NCBI GenBank assembly: GCA_009691335.1
Contig: SICR01000002.1
Span: 1-51,594, forward strand
From: Candidatus Zambryskiibacteriota bacterium
GTDB lineage: Bacteria; Patescibacteriota; Minisyncoccia; Phycocordibacterales; Zambryskibacteraceae
DNA length: 51,594 bases
Reading direction: 5' to 3'
Shown here one piece after another: positions 8,678 through 16,563 of the stretch. A model generated the notes under the pieces. That model was not told the origin of the DNA. It searched no databases and saw only the letters and a program-made list of their open reading frames with translations. The position numbers were made by a program, and so were the translations under genes. Numbering within the stretch: position 1 is the first letter of the stretch; the number at the start of each line of letters is the position of its first letter.

Positions 8678-9211
8678 ATGAGGCCAACAATAAGTTATAC
8701 ACAGAAGTTGCAAGAACCTCGCATCAACCAGCGCATCTCGGCACGCACATTGCGCATTATCGGACCAAAGGGAGAAAATCTCGGAGTGCTTACACTTGAA
8801 GAAGCCCTAAAAAAATCTGAAGCACTTGGACTAGATTTGATAGAAATCTCTCCCAACGCCATCCCGCCAGTGGCCAAGATTGCCGACTTTGGCAAATATC
8901 TGTACGAAGAAAACAAGAAGAATAAGCTCACCAAGAAGTCTCATTCTGTAGAGGTTAAAACCGTGCAAGTCAAGCTTGGCACTGGTGACCACGACCTTAT
9001 GCTTAAAGCCAAGAAGACCTCCGAGTGGCTCTCTGAAGGCAACAGGGTCAAGGTAGATCTCTTCCTACCAGGCAGAGCCAAGTACCTCGATGACAAGTTC
9101 CTGAGGGAGCGCATCGACCGTATGCTCAAGTTTGTCTCCGTAGATTACAAGATAGCCGATTCAGCCAAGAAGAGCCCTAAGGGTATGACTGTCATTATAG
9201 AGCGAGCTTAA
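8678..9211 (+). CDS. infC: Translation initiation factor IF-3
   Basis: 'RINQRISARTLRIIGPKGENLGVLTLEEALKKSEALGLDLIEISPNAIPPVAKIADFGKY'. The start codon is uncertain (IF-3 often uses non-AUG starts). Confidence 0.9.
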   Translation: MRPTISYTQKLQEPRINQRISARTLRIIGPKGENLGVLTLEEALKKSEALGLDLIEISPNAIPPVAKIADFGKYLYEENKKNKLTKKSHSVEVKTVQVKLGTGDHDLMLKAKKTSEWLSEGNRVKVDLFLPGRAKYLDDKFLRERIDRMLKFVSVDYKIADSAKKSPKGMTVIIERA

Positions 9212-9288
9212 CCCAGCCTTCACCAAGGCTTAAGCTAATACAGTAGACAAATGGCTAGAAATCCGTACTATAGAGTTCTGTCAATTCT

Positions 9289-9483
9289 ATGTCAATGAAG
9301 ACCAACAAGTCCTATAGCAAGCGCATAAAAATCACCAAGAAGGGCAAGCTTTTGACGCGCAAGTCAGGCCAGAACCACTTCAATGCCAAGGAGAACCGCC
9401 ACCAGAAGGGGGCCAAACATCAGAACTCCGAATTCCACATGAGCAACAAAGAGAGGAGCAGATTCCTCGTAAACATTAAATAA
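9289..9483 (+). CDS. rpmI: 50S ribosomal protein L35
   Basis: Basic 64 aa with 'MKTNKSYSKRIKITKKGKLLTRKSGQNH'. Lies in the conserved infC-rpmI-rplT context. Confidence 0.85.
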   Translation: MSMKTNKSYSKRIKITKKGKLLTRKSGQNHFNAKENRHQKGAKHQNSEFHMSNKERSRFLVNIK

Positions 9484-9488
9484 CCACC

Positions 9489-9833
9489 ATGACAAGAGTA
9501 AAGAAAGGAGTAAATGCGCTCAAAAATAGGAGAAATACCCTCCGTAAGGTTAAGGGCTACCGCTTCGGACGTTCGACCAAGGAGCGCCAGGCTAATGAAG
9601 CAATTTTCCACGCCGGCACTTACTCATTCGCTCACCGCAAAGACAAGAAGGGTGACTTCCGCCGCCTCTGGCAGGTCCGTATGAACGCCTTACTTAAGGA
9701 GCTCGGTCTCTCCCACTCCAAATTTATCCCCATGCTAAAGAAGGCCAACATCGCTCTTGATAGAAAGATTCTTGCCGACCTCGCTCAAAACAATCCAGAA
9801 ACTTTCAAAAAGATTCTAGAATCTGTCAGGTAA
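9489..9833 (+). CDS. rplT: 50S ribosomal protein L20
   Basis: 'MTRVKKGVNALKNRRNTLRKVKGYRFGRS...AHRKDKKGDFRRLWQVRMNA'. Confidence 0.93.
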   Translation: MTRVKKGVNALKNRRNTLRKVKGYRFGRSTKERQANEAIFHAGTYSFAHRKDKKGDFRRLWQVRMNALLKELGLSHSKFIPMLKKANIALDRKILADLAQNNPETFKKILESVR

Positions 9834-9883
9834 CTCACCACTCACCACTTGGTTAACCACTTGGCTGTTTCACCGCCAAGTGA

Positions 9884-11248
9884 TTACAAATCTATTTCGT
9901 AAACCTTACCTTTCTCGGTAACGACTGCGTCTACCTCTAATTCATCTCGTAGGCGTTGGGCAAGGAAGATAGAGGATTTGGGTTCGCCCATCGCTACAAA
10001 AACTTTTTTCAAAGTATCCTTGCTCTCGGATACAAAATCCACAAGAGCATTAGAATCCGCGTGACCAGAGAAACCTTCTATTTTTTCCACTCTCGCCCTA
10101 ACCTCTATCTTGTTGCCATCAATAACGACAGACCTCACTCCTTCTTCGATTTGTCTACCTAAAGTCCCCACTCCTTGATAACCCACAAGAAGAAGAGTTG
10201 AGTTCTTGTCCGGCAAAAACATTTCCTCATGTCCGACAATTCTCCCAGCGGTAGACATACCAGAACCAGCAATGATTATTTTCGGCCCGGACACCTTCGC
10301 TATTTCGCGTGAATCACGTATACTGGCAGTTTCTTTCAATTGGGAGAATTTGAAAATATTATTATCCTTTTTAATCTCATTCTGCGTATTTTTGTTGTAC
10401 AAATCTCTTACATGCTCGAATATTTCTGTCACTTTTATCGCCAGTGGCGAGTCAAGATATACAGGAACGGAAGGGATACTCTTGGATTCAAAAAGTTTAT
10501 TTAACTCATAAAGAATCACTTGAGTGCGCTCGAGAGAAAACGCCGGAATAAGAAGTGTACCACCGCGCGATATTGACTCTTCCACTACTTGCTTAAATCT
10601 TGCCTCCCGAAGCTCGCGATCTTCATGATTTTTGTCACCATATACGCTCTCAATCAGAAGATAATCCAGACCGCTGACTTTCTCCGTGTCTGGTAAAAGC
10701 ACGGAGGGAGAGTTTCCAATATCTCCGGTACAAAGAATGGTACTACCATTCTTTGATGTGAATTTGATCATTGCTGAACCCAAAATATGCCCGGCATCAT
10801 ATAATTCGACCTTAAATTCGCCAAAATCCTTTGGTACATGATAAGCAATGGTTTTCCAAAGGTCCATCGCTCCGCTAATGTCGTTATAAGTATACAGAGG
10901 AGTCTCGTCGGCATTGTTGATTTTCGCCGCATCTGCCAACAGAAGTTTTGCAATCTCTTTGGTCTCAGGAATAGAGTAAATTTCTCCTCTGAATCCTTCG
11001 GCATAAAGTTTCGGAATAAGTCCGATATGGTCGATATGAGCATGAGTTACAAAGAGAGTGTCAACTGAAGACGCATCATATTGAAACCTCTCTCGATTGA
11101 TGCTGGGAGCATCAGCCAAACCTTGAAGCATCCCACAATCAACCAGTACCCTAGTTGTCTTAAGTTCGGATGAAGAGCTGGTAAACTCGAGCAAAAAATT
11201 TGCGCCAGTAGCAGTACCCGCTCCACCATAAGCAGTCAGCTTAGGCAT
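9884..11248 (-). CDS. MBL-fold beta-CASP family hydrolase (RNA-metabolising, CPSF/RNase J-like)
   Basis: 'VLVDCGMLQG', 'VTHAHIDHIG', and later 'GFSGHAD' beta-CASP C-terminal motifs. 454 aa. Confidence 0.8.
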   Translation of the reverse strand: MPKLTAYGGAGTATGANFLLEFTSSSSELKTTRVLVDCGMLQGLADAPSINRERFQYDASSVDTLFVTHAHIDHIGLIPKLYAEGFRGEIYSIPETKEIAKLLLADAAKINNADETPLYTYNDISGAMDLWKTIAYHVPKDFGEFKVELYDAGHILGSAMIKFTSKNGSTILCTGDIGNSPSVLLPDTEKVSGLDYLLIESVYGDKNHEDRELREARFKQVVEESISRGGTLLIPAFSLERTQVILYELNKLFESKSIPSVPVYLDSPLAIKVTEIFEHVRDLYNKNTQNEIKKDNNIFKFSQLKETASIRDSREIAKVSGPKIIIAGSGMSTAGRIVGHEEMFLPDKNSTLLLVGYQGVGTLGRQIEEGVRSVVIDGNKIEVRARVEKIEGFSGHADSNALVDFVSESKDTLKKVFVAMGEPKSSIFLAQRLRDELEVDAVVTEKGKVYEIDL

Positions 11249-11639
11249 AAAGTTTATTTTTATAAATTATAATACTCGCGATAATAGCTCCCAGTGAATC
11301 GGCGAAGAGGTCATAAGTCGTATCTTGCCAATAAGTCTCTCCTCCCTGCGGATCGGCAATGTCATAAATGTATTCGAATACTTCCCAGCCGACGCCGATA
11401 ATTATCACTAAGAAAAATATAAACATGGCCAACATTCTGAAACTTAGCGGATTTTTGAAATCACAAAGATTTCTAAATATCCAAAAGGCAAATAATCCCA
11501 TCGATAACCCGCCAAGAAGGTGGCTGAAATTATCGAACCAAAATGTCGTCCAGTATAGATAGAAAATCATGCCCAGCTTATGAGCAATTGCTACTGCTAC
11601 TACCGCAGCAAAGGAATAAAAGAGTAATTTAACTTTCAT
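11241..11639 (-). CDS. Hypothetical integral membrane protein
   Basis: Four hydrophobic segments. 8-nt overlap (ATGCCTAA) with the downstream beta-CASP gene. The start lies only 11 nt after a terminator hairpin, so the start or its expression is uncertain. Confidence 0.5.
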   Translation of the reverse strand: MKVKLLFYSFAAVVAVAIAHKLGMIFYLYWTTFWFDNFSHLLGGLSMGLFAFWIFRNLCDFKNPLSFRMLAMFIFFLVIIIGVGWEVFEYIYDIADPQGGETYWQDTTYDLFADSLGAIIASIIIYKNKLYA

Positions 11640-11650
11640 TTCAATATCTT

Positions 11651-11684
11651 AACAAAAATTCCGACCGAAGTCGGGATTTTTGTT
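11651..11684 (-). terminator. Rho-independent terminator (A-run / stem / U-run, bidirectional shape)
   Basis: aacaaaaattccgac-cgaa-gtcgggatttttgtt. Confidence 0.75.
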
Positions 11685-11805
11685 AGGGTTATTTTGGTAT
11701 ACCCTAGTTTTTAAACTAGGTGGGTTCCCTCAGTACGCAACCGAGGCCGCGGACGATTCGAGATCCCTGAATATGTTTTAGCTAGATAATACCTCAAATA
11801 ACCCT
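11685..11805 (-). ncRNA. Candidate structured small RNA of unknown class
   Basis: A perfect TATAAT (minus sense, 11811..11816) lies 6 nt upstream. The 5' AGGGUUAUUU..GGUAU pairs with the 3' AUACC..AAAUAACCCU. A G+C-rich core carries CCUCGG-UUGCGUA-CUGAGG and CCUAGUUU..AAACUAGG hairpins. It is followed immediately by the 11651..11684 terminator. Confidence 0.35.
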
Positions 11806-11883
11806 AACCTATTATAACGTTTCAAAAAGGTTTTTGCTGTGCATATTGTATAGACGAATGGCCTAAAGTATTTTCTATTGACC

Positions 11884-12501
11884 TTACTCCAGAATACCGT
11901 CTAAATTAACATCATAAATGATCTCTTCTTGCACTAAACGATAGTTTGTAAGCTCATTAGAGTTAAACCAATGTGCTATTTCCTTATTGGCTTCGTCTAC
12001 CGAACCAGAAGCGTGAATGAGATTCCTAACAGAGCGATTATCCTTGTCTGACATAGAATAAGAGTCCAAAACATAGTCTCCCCTTATAGTACCGACATCT
12101 GACGTCAAAGGTTCTGTGCCACCTACAAGCTTGCGAACAATCTTGACCGCATGCGCACCCTCCCAAATCATGGCAACCACAGGGCCAGAGGTCATATACT
12201 TCTTGAGATTCTCTAGGATTATCTCCGTTATCTTATAGGGATCATCGATAGGTGGTTCCATACCCTTGGACCTATAGCCTTCGATAGTCTTTTCTCCAGT
12301 AATCCGGCGCCACTCTGGGTCTAAGGTGTAATGCTTTTCTATATGAGCTTCATTGGGCACGAGCATCTTTATAGCCACAAGTTTAAGACCGACCCTTTCA
12401 AATCTTCCGATAATCTCACCCACTAAACTTCTTTGGATCCCATCTGGCTTTACTGCAGTAAATGTTCTCTCTTTCTTTGGGTGCGGGATATTGTTAGTCA
12501 T
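11884..12501 (-). CDS. ndk: Nucleoside diphosphate kinase, long form (205 aa)
   Basis: 'ERTFTAVKPDGIQRSLVGEIIGRFERVGLKLVAIKML', 'GTIRGDY', 'NLIHASGSVDEANKEIAHWF'. It has extra segments relative to ~140-150 aa NDKs. Confidence 0.88.
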   Translation of the reverse strand: MTNNIPHPKKERTFTAVKPDGIQRSLVGEIIGRFERVGLKLVAIKMLVPNEAHIEKHYTLDPEWRRITGEKTIEGYRSKGMEPPIDDPYKITEIILENLKKYMTSGPVVAMIWEGAHAVKIVRKLVGGTEPLTSDVGTIRGDYVLDSYSMSDKDNRSVRNLIHASGSVDEANKEIAHWFNSNELTNYRLVQEEIIYDVNLDGILE

Positions 12502-12563
12502 TGGAATGACAAGGCTTCGCCTTGCTTCAGGTTCGCTCGGGCTCTATGTGAGCAAGCTCTCAT
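12498..12563 (-). CDS. 21-codon mini-ORF bridging map and ndk (MRACSHRARANLKQGEALSFQ)
   Basis: Its ATG overlaps the map TGA (ATGA, 12560..12563) and its TGA overlaps the ndk ATG (ATGA, 12498..12501). GAGGG lies 3 nt upstream of its ATG. Translation is not proven. Confidence 0.3.
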   Translation of the reverse strand: MRACSHRARANLKQGEALSFQ

Positions 12564-12582
12564 ATTCCCTCGCTGCCAGAAG
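12525..12582 (-). repeat. Copy 1 of a ~60-nt structured module (see copy 2 at 21959..22020)
   Basis: The 49-nt core 12526..12574 matches 21962..22010 at 42/49 positions. The differences include compensatory pairs in a hairpin. Confidence 0.8.
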
Positions 12583-13345
12583 TTAGAATTATATTTCCTT
12601 TCTCTGTAATTGCAACCGTGTGTTCAAAGTGAGCGCTTCTTGAACCATCTCTTGTAACGAGAGTGTAACCATCTTTGGTGAGTTTTATTTCTGGACCACC
12701 GGTATTTAGCATCGGTTCAATGGCGAGAACCATACCCGGAACCAACTTTTCTCCTTCTCCTTTCTCTCCAACATTTGGCACAAATGGATCTTCGTGTACG
12801 CTATACCCCACTCCGTGGCCGGCCAAATCTTCCGCAAGAGAAAATTTGCTCCCACCTACTACTTGGGCAATAGCATACCCAATGTCTCCAACAGTATTCC
12901 CCGGCTTTGCCACCTCTATACCTTTATCCAATGCAAGCTTTGTAATATGAAGAAGTTTTCTAGCTTCATCATCAATTACACCAACTCCCACAGTAACGGC
13001 TGAATCTGTAATGAGTCCCCTATGCATAAGACCAAGATCAATAGAAACAATGTCTCCCTCTTTTAAAAGCCTTTCAACTTCATTGGGGATACCGTGAACG
13101 ATCTCGTTGTTTATAGACACACACAGTGCCGCAGGGTAAGGACGCTTGGCACCACTTGGCTGATAGCCGAGAAAGGCTGGCTCGTCCCCCATGGCTTTAA
13201 TCATTGCTAAAGCTTCTTCTTCTAGAGCAAGCGTAGAGACCCCAGACTTGGCTATAGAAGCTAGTTCGGAGAGTATTTGAGCATGGCGCTTACCACCCTC
13301 TTGCATAATGGTGATTTCTTCTCTTGTCTTAAGCCTGATAGTCAT
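12560..13345 (-). CDS. map: Type I methionine aminopeptidase
   Basis: 'VHGIPN', 'GDIVSIDLG', 'GHGVG', 'LAIEPM', 'FEHTVAIT' metal-ligand motifs. Confidence 0.93.
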   Translation of the reverse strand: MTIRLKTREEITIMQEGGKRHAQILSELASIAKSGVSTLALEEEALAMIKAMGDEPAFLGYQPSGAKRPYPAALCVSINNEIVHGIPNEVERLLKEGDIVSIDLGLMHRGLITDSAVTVGVGVIDDEARKLLHITKLALDKGIEVAKPGNTVGDIGYAIAQVVGGSKFSLAEDLAGHGVGYSVHEDPFVPNVGEKGEGEKLVPGMVLAIEPMLNTGGPEIKLTKDGYTLVTRDGSRSAHFEHTVAITEKGNIILTSGSEGI

Positions 13346-13928
13346 AAGCGGCTATGATATCAGAATGAACCTTTTCTATCGACTGCTCGCCATCTATCTC
13401 AATAAAGCGGTAATAAGGATTATTTTTAAAGAATTCAATCGCCGGTAATACGTCTTTGTCGAACCAATCCAAGCGCTTATTTATTTTAGAAATATTGACA
13501 TCATCACTTCTACCGCGGGAGAGCAAGCGTTTCTCAGACCAAGCGCGAGAAACGTCGAGATAAATTACTGCCGGTTTAATGCGACCATAAAACTTAAGAG
13601 CGATGGTCAAGAGTTCTGCTTCGGGACGAGAGCGGGCTGCACCGTCAAAAACAATATGCATATTGTCACCAAGCTCTTCTAACAAGAGATTGCTCCACAT
13701 AAAGCATGCTAGGAAATCAGGTTGTCTATCATCCGCCTCGTAAATCTGACGTGAGAGTTTGGAAGAATAACTATTGCCGTTAACGAAACGCCGAAAATGT
13801 TCACCACTCTCGACATAAATAATCGATTTCTTATCTGAATCAAGGCGATTGATACGATCCTTAATAAGATCGGCTTGAGTGCCTTTGCCGCAGCCTGAAC
13901 GGCCGATGAAAATAACTGTGTGGAGCAT
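13329..13928 (-). CDS. adk: Adenylate kinase family protein (short, divergent)
   Basis: P-loop 'GRSGCGKGTQ' and the secY-adk-map context. The start is taken at MLHTVIFIG. The longer ORF extension is encoded by an AGTAG-type spacer. Confidence 0.7.
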   Translation of the reverse strand: MLHTVIFIGRSGCGKGTQADLIKDRINRLDSDKKSIIYVESGEHFRRFVNGNSYSSKLSRQIYEADDRQPDFLACFMWSNLLLEELGDNMHIVFDGAARSRPEAELLTIALKFYGRIKPAVIYLDVSRAWSEKRLLSRGRSDDVNISKINKRLDWFDKDVLPAIEFFKNNPYYRFIEIDGEQSIEKVHSDIIAAYDYQA

Positions 13929-14006
13929 GAGTATATAGTAGACAGTAAATAGTAGATAGTAAATAGAAACCAAATAAGAATCCTACTGTCTACTATCTAT
14001 TATCTC

Positions 14007-15278
14007 CTAGTATTCTCTAGCACTAATTTGCGCGTCTACTTTCTTAATCAAATCGATAACGACCGAAACGACGATGAGGAGAGCCGTGCCACCGAACGCC
14101 AGAGCTTCAACGCCGGTCAGAGAGCGCAGGATTAACGGAAGTATTGCTATAACACCTAGGAAAAGAGCACCAACTAAAGTAAGACGGGTAAGAACTCTGG
14201 AAATATAATCAGCGGTTGAAATACCGGGACGGACGCCGGGAATAAAGGCTCCTGATTTCTGAAGATTAGTAGAGATGTTGTCCGGATCGAATGTGACCGC
14301 GGTATAGAAATAAGTAAAGAGCACCACCAAGACGAAGTAGGCACTAGTGTAGAACCAGTTGTTGGCCAATATATTTAGAGCGGTATTTGAAATAGACTGG
14401 ACAGTCGCAACGGTTGATTGAGAAAGGAACTGGAATATCATCCTAGGAAAGAGGAGTAGGGATAGAGCGAAGATGATAGGAATAACTCCGGCTTGGTTGA
14501 TGCGGAGTGGAAGATAAGTAGACACTCCGCCAAAGGTGCGCCCACCCCTAACTTGCTTGGCATAAGTAACAGGGATAGGTCGCTCAGCTTCAGTCACTAC
14601 TACTACCCCAAATGTCACGAGAAGAGCGACAGCCAGACCGGCAACATATGAAGGTAACTGGCTTGGGTCATAGGTAAAGATAAGCTGACTTATGGAAGCT
14701 GGCAAAGTGGCTACGATACCGGCAAAAATGATTAGCGAAACACCGTTCCCTACTCCGAACTCAGTTATGAGCTCGCCTATCCACATAAGAAGTATTGATC
14801 CTGTCACGATGATGAGGACATTAATAGCCATCACATATAACGGCATCGCTGGCAAAATATTCTGCCCCTGCAAGAGCTTGATGAAGGCGCAACCCTGCAC
14901 GATAGCGAAAGGAATGGTGATAAGACGAGAGTATTGGGCAAATCGGCGTCGACCGGCCTCTCCTTCTTCCTGATACATCTCCTTGAGCTTAGGGGAGAGC
15001 ACAGTCATAAGCTGCATGATGATGGATGCGGTGATATAAGGACCGACGCCAAGCATCACAATGGAGAGATTGGATAAGCCACCACCTGAAAATAGGTTTA
15101 AGAGGTTTAAAAACTCAGAACCACCAAGAAGACTCTCCAAGCGCGAGGCATCTATGCCCGGCAAAGGAATGATGGCAAGAATCCTGGTAATGATCAGGAG
15201 TCCTAGAGTAAAGAAAATACGATTTCGCAATTGCTTATCTTTGAATATCAGCCGAAACTTTTCAAAAAATTTTGACAT
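14007..15278 (-). CDS. secY: Preprotein translocase subunit SecY
   Basis: 423 aa, 10 TM pattern. 'GVGPYITASIIMQL', 'GEAGRRRFAQYSR', 'GIVATLPASI'. Confidence 0.95.
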   Translation of the reverse strand: MSKFFEKFRLIFKDKQLRNRIFFTLGLLIITRILAIIPLPGIDASRLESLLGGSEFLNLLNLFSGGGLSNLSIVMLGVGPYITASIIMQLMTVLSPKLKEMYQEEGEAGRRRFAQYSRLITIPFAIVQGCAFIKLLQGQNILPAMPLYVMAINVLIIVTGSILLMWIGELITEFGVGNGVSLIIFAGIVATLPASISQLIFTYDPSQLPSYVAGLAVALLVTFGVVVVTEAERPIPVTYAKQVRGGRTFGGVSTYLPLRINQAGVIPIIFALSLLLFPRMIFQFLSQSTVATVQSISNTALNILANNWFYTSAYFVLVVLFTYFYTAVTFDPDNISTNLQKSGAFIPGVRPGISTADYISRVLTRLTLVGALFLGVIAILPLILRSLTGVEALAFGGTALLIVVSVVIDLIKKVDAQISAREY

Positions 15279-15297
15279 TTAGATTATGTTCTAGAGA

Positions 15298-15579
15298 TTA
15301 GGCGCTAGAAGCCAGCTTCTTTTTCTTTTTAGAAGCAAGTTTTTCTTTGAGAGCGGCCCCACCGAGCTTCTTTTGCAAAGACTTAAGGGAAGATTTGCCA
15401 CGGCCACGAAGTTTGGGTACGCGCTTGATGAAGTCACGAAGCTCAGGCCTATTCTTGTGGCCAGCACGAGCGTTCTGACCCTTGGTTCCCCTGCCGGAAG
15501 TCTTACCACGCGTACCTCCGCGCCCGACTTGGCGGGATTTCTTGTTGGCTGTTTTTCTTTTGAGAGTATGGAATTGCAT
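15298..15579 (-). CDS. rplO: 50S ribosomal protein L15, truncated form (93 aa)
   Basis: 'GRGGTRGKTSGRGTKGQNARAG' and 'VPKLRGRG' are present. The C-terminal globular half is replaced by a short Lys-rich tail. Confidence 0.8.
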   Translation of the reverse strand: MQFHTLKRKTANKKSRQVGRGGTRGKTSGRGTKGQNARAGHKNRPELRDFIKRVPKLRGRGKSSLKSLQKKLGGAALKEKLASKKKKKLASSA

Positions 15580-15583
15580 TGGT

Positions 15584-16198
15584 TTAACTGCGCTCCTTTA
15601 TCTTAGTGCCTTCCAACTTCCTCAAAGCTTTAATGGCAACGTAAGCATTATTAGCACTGTTCTTACTTCGAGAAAAAAGTTTGGCTCCAACATCCTTGAG
15701 ACCTGCCAATTCGATGACTGTTCTCACCGAACTGCCGGCGAGAATTCCCTTACCGGGAGCGGGCATTATCTTGACCACCGAAGACGCGTACTTGGCTTCA
15801 ACATCATGAGGGATAGACATCTCCTTTGTGGTATTTACGGTTATCATATTTTTCTTAGCATCGCGAAAAGCCTTCTCAATAGCGAGCGGGGTATCAGATG
15901 CCTTACCTTGACCAACACCGACTTGACCCTTCCTATTACCGGCCACAAGAGCGACAGAGAAGCTGAAACGGCGTCCACCAGCCATAACGCGGGTAACCCG
16001 GCGAAGACTGACTATTTTCTGATCGAATTCAGGCTTGACCCGAGCGTCACGACGAGGGCCTCGGCGATTTGGCCTTCTCCCCCGATCTCCTCCTCCGCTA
16101 TAAGCTCTTTTATCCTGTCGTGGTTCCGCAGCAGGTACAACAACCTCAGGGATTGGAGTTGGAATTGTGTTTTCAGTTGTATTTAATGTTTCTTCCAT
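15584..16198 (-). CDS. rpsE: 30S ribosomal protein S5 with N-terminal extension
   Basis: 'VSLRRVTRVMAGGRRFSFSVALVAGN', 'GVGQGKASDTPLAIEKA', 'PAPGKGILAG'. The start is taken at MEETLN. Confidence 0.9.
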   Translation of the reverse strand: MEETLNTTENTIPTPIPEVVVPAAEPRQDKRAYSGGGDRGRRPNRRGPRRDARVKPEFDQKIVSLRRVTRVMAGGRRFSFSVALVAGNRKGQVGVGQGKASDTPLAIEKAFRDAKKNMITVNTTKEMSIPHDVEAKYASSVVKIMPAPGKGILAGSSVRTVIELAGLKDVGAKLFSRSKNSANNAYVAIKALRKLEGTKIKERS

Positions 16199-16226
16199 AA
16201 ATTTATTTATAGTGAATGTAGTTGGG

Positions 16227-16547
16227 CTAAAATTTAAGACCGGCAGAACGTGCCGCATCGGCCAAAGCTTTAACTTTGCCGGTATAGACATAGCCACCAC
16301 GGTCAAAGACTACTGACTCAATCTTCTTGGCCTCTGCCTCTTTGGCAATAGTTGCACCAACTTTAGAAGCATCGTTACCTTTGGCAGATACAAGCGTTAC
16401 GGCCTTGTCGTCATCAATAAGCTGAGCGTAAATGGCGGTGTTCGATTTAAATATTGAAAAACGAGGACGCTCCGAAGTGCCGTAAATCTTCGCTCTAATC
16501 TTTTTGCGCTTACGGTCTCTAGCAGATTGTGTTCGTGAAATTGACAT
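16227..16547 (-). CDS. rplR: 50S ribosomal protein L18
   Basis: '[20 protein letters not shown]', '[26 protein letters not shown]'. Confidence 0.92.
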   Translation of the reverse strand: MSISRTQSARDRKRKKIRAKIYGTSERPRFSIFKSNTAIYAQLIDDDKAVTLVSAKGNDASKVGATIAKEAEAKKIESVVFDRGGYVYTGKVKALADAARSAGLKF

Positions 16548-16563
16548 AATGTTTTGAAAAATC

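Noticed and set aside
11685-11805. tRNA-like or SRP (4.5S) RNA identity for the candidate sRNA (it contains GATTCGAGATCC)
   Set aside because: No T-arm helix can be formed around the TTCGAG. No acceptor or anticodon arms are present. It lacks the conserved SRP domain IV sequence (GGAAGCAG-type).
13929-13973. N-terminal ORF extensions of adk (MVSIYYLLFTVYYIL) and of rplJ (23700..23753, MSRSNLLLTSYYLLPIQP)
   Set aside because: Both are encoded by the AGTAG/CTACT-type low-complexity spacer sequence. Homology begins at the internal Met.
15482-16186. 234-aa + strand ORF across rplO/rpsE. Similar long antisense ORFs occur at 17317..17871, 22762..23136, 30634..31038 and 31143..31577.
   Set aside because: All are antisense to highly conserved ribosomal protein genes and have no recognisable motifs. 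They are shadow ORFs.
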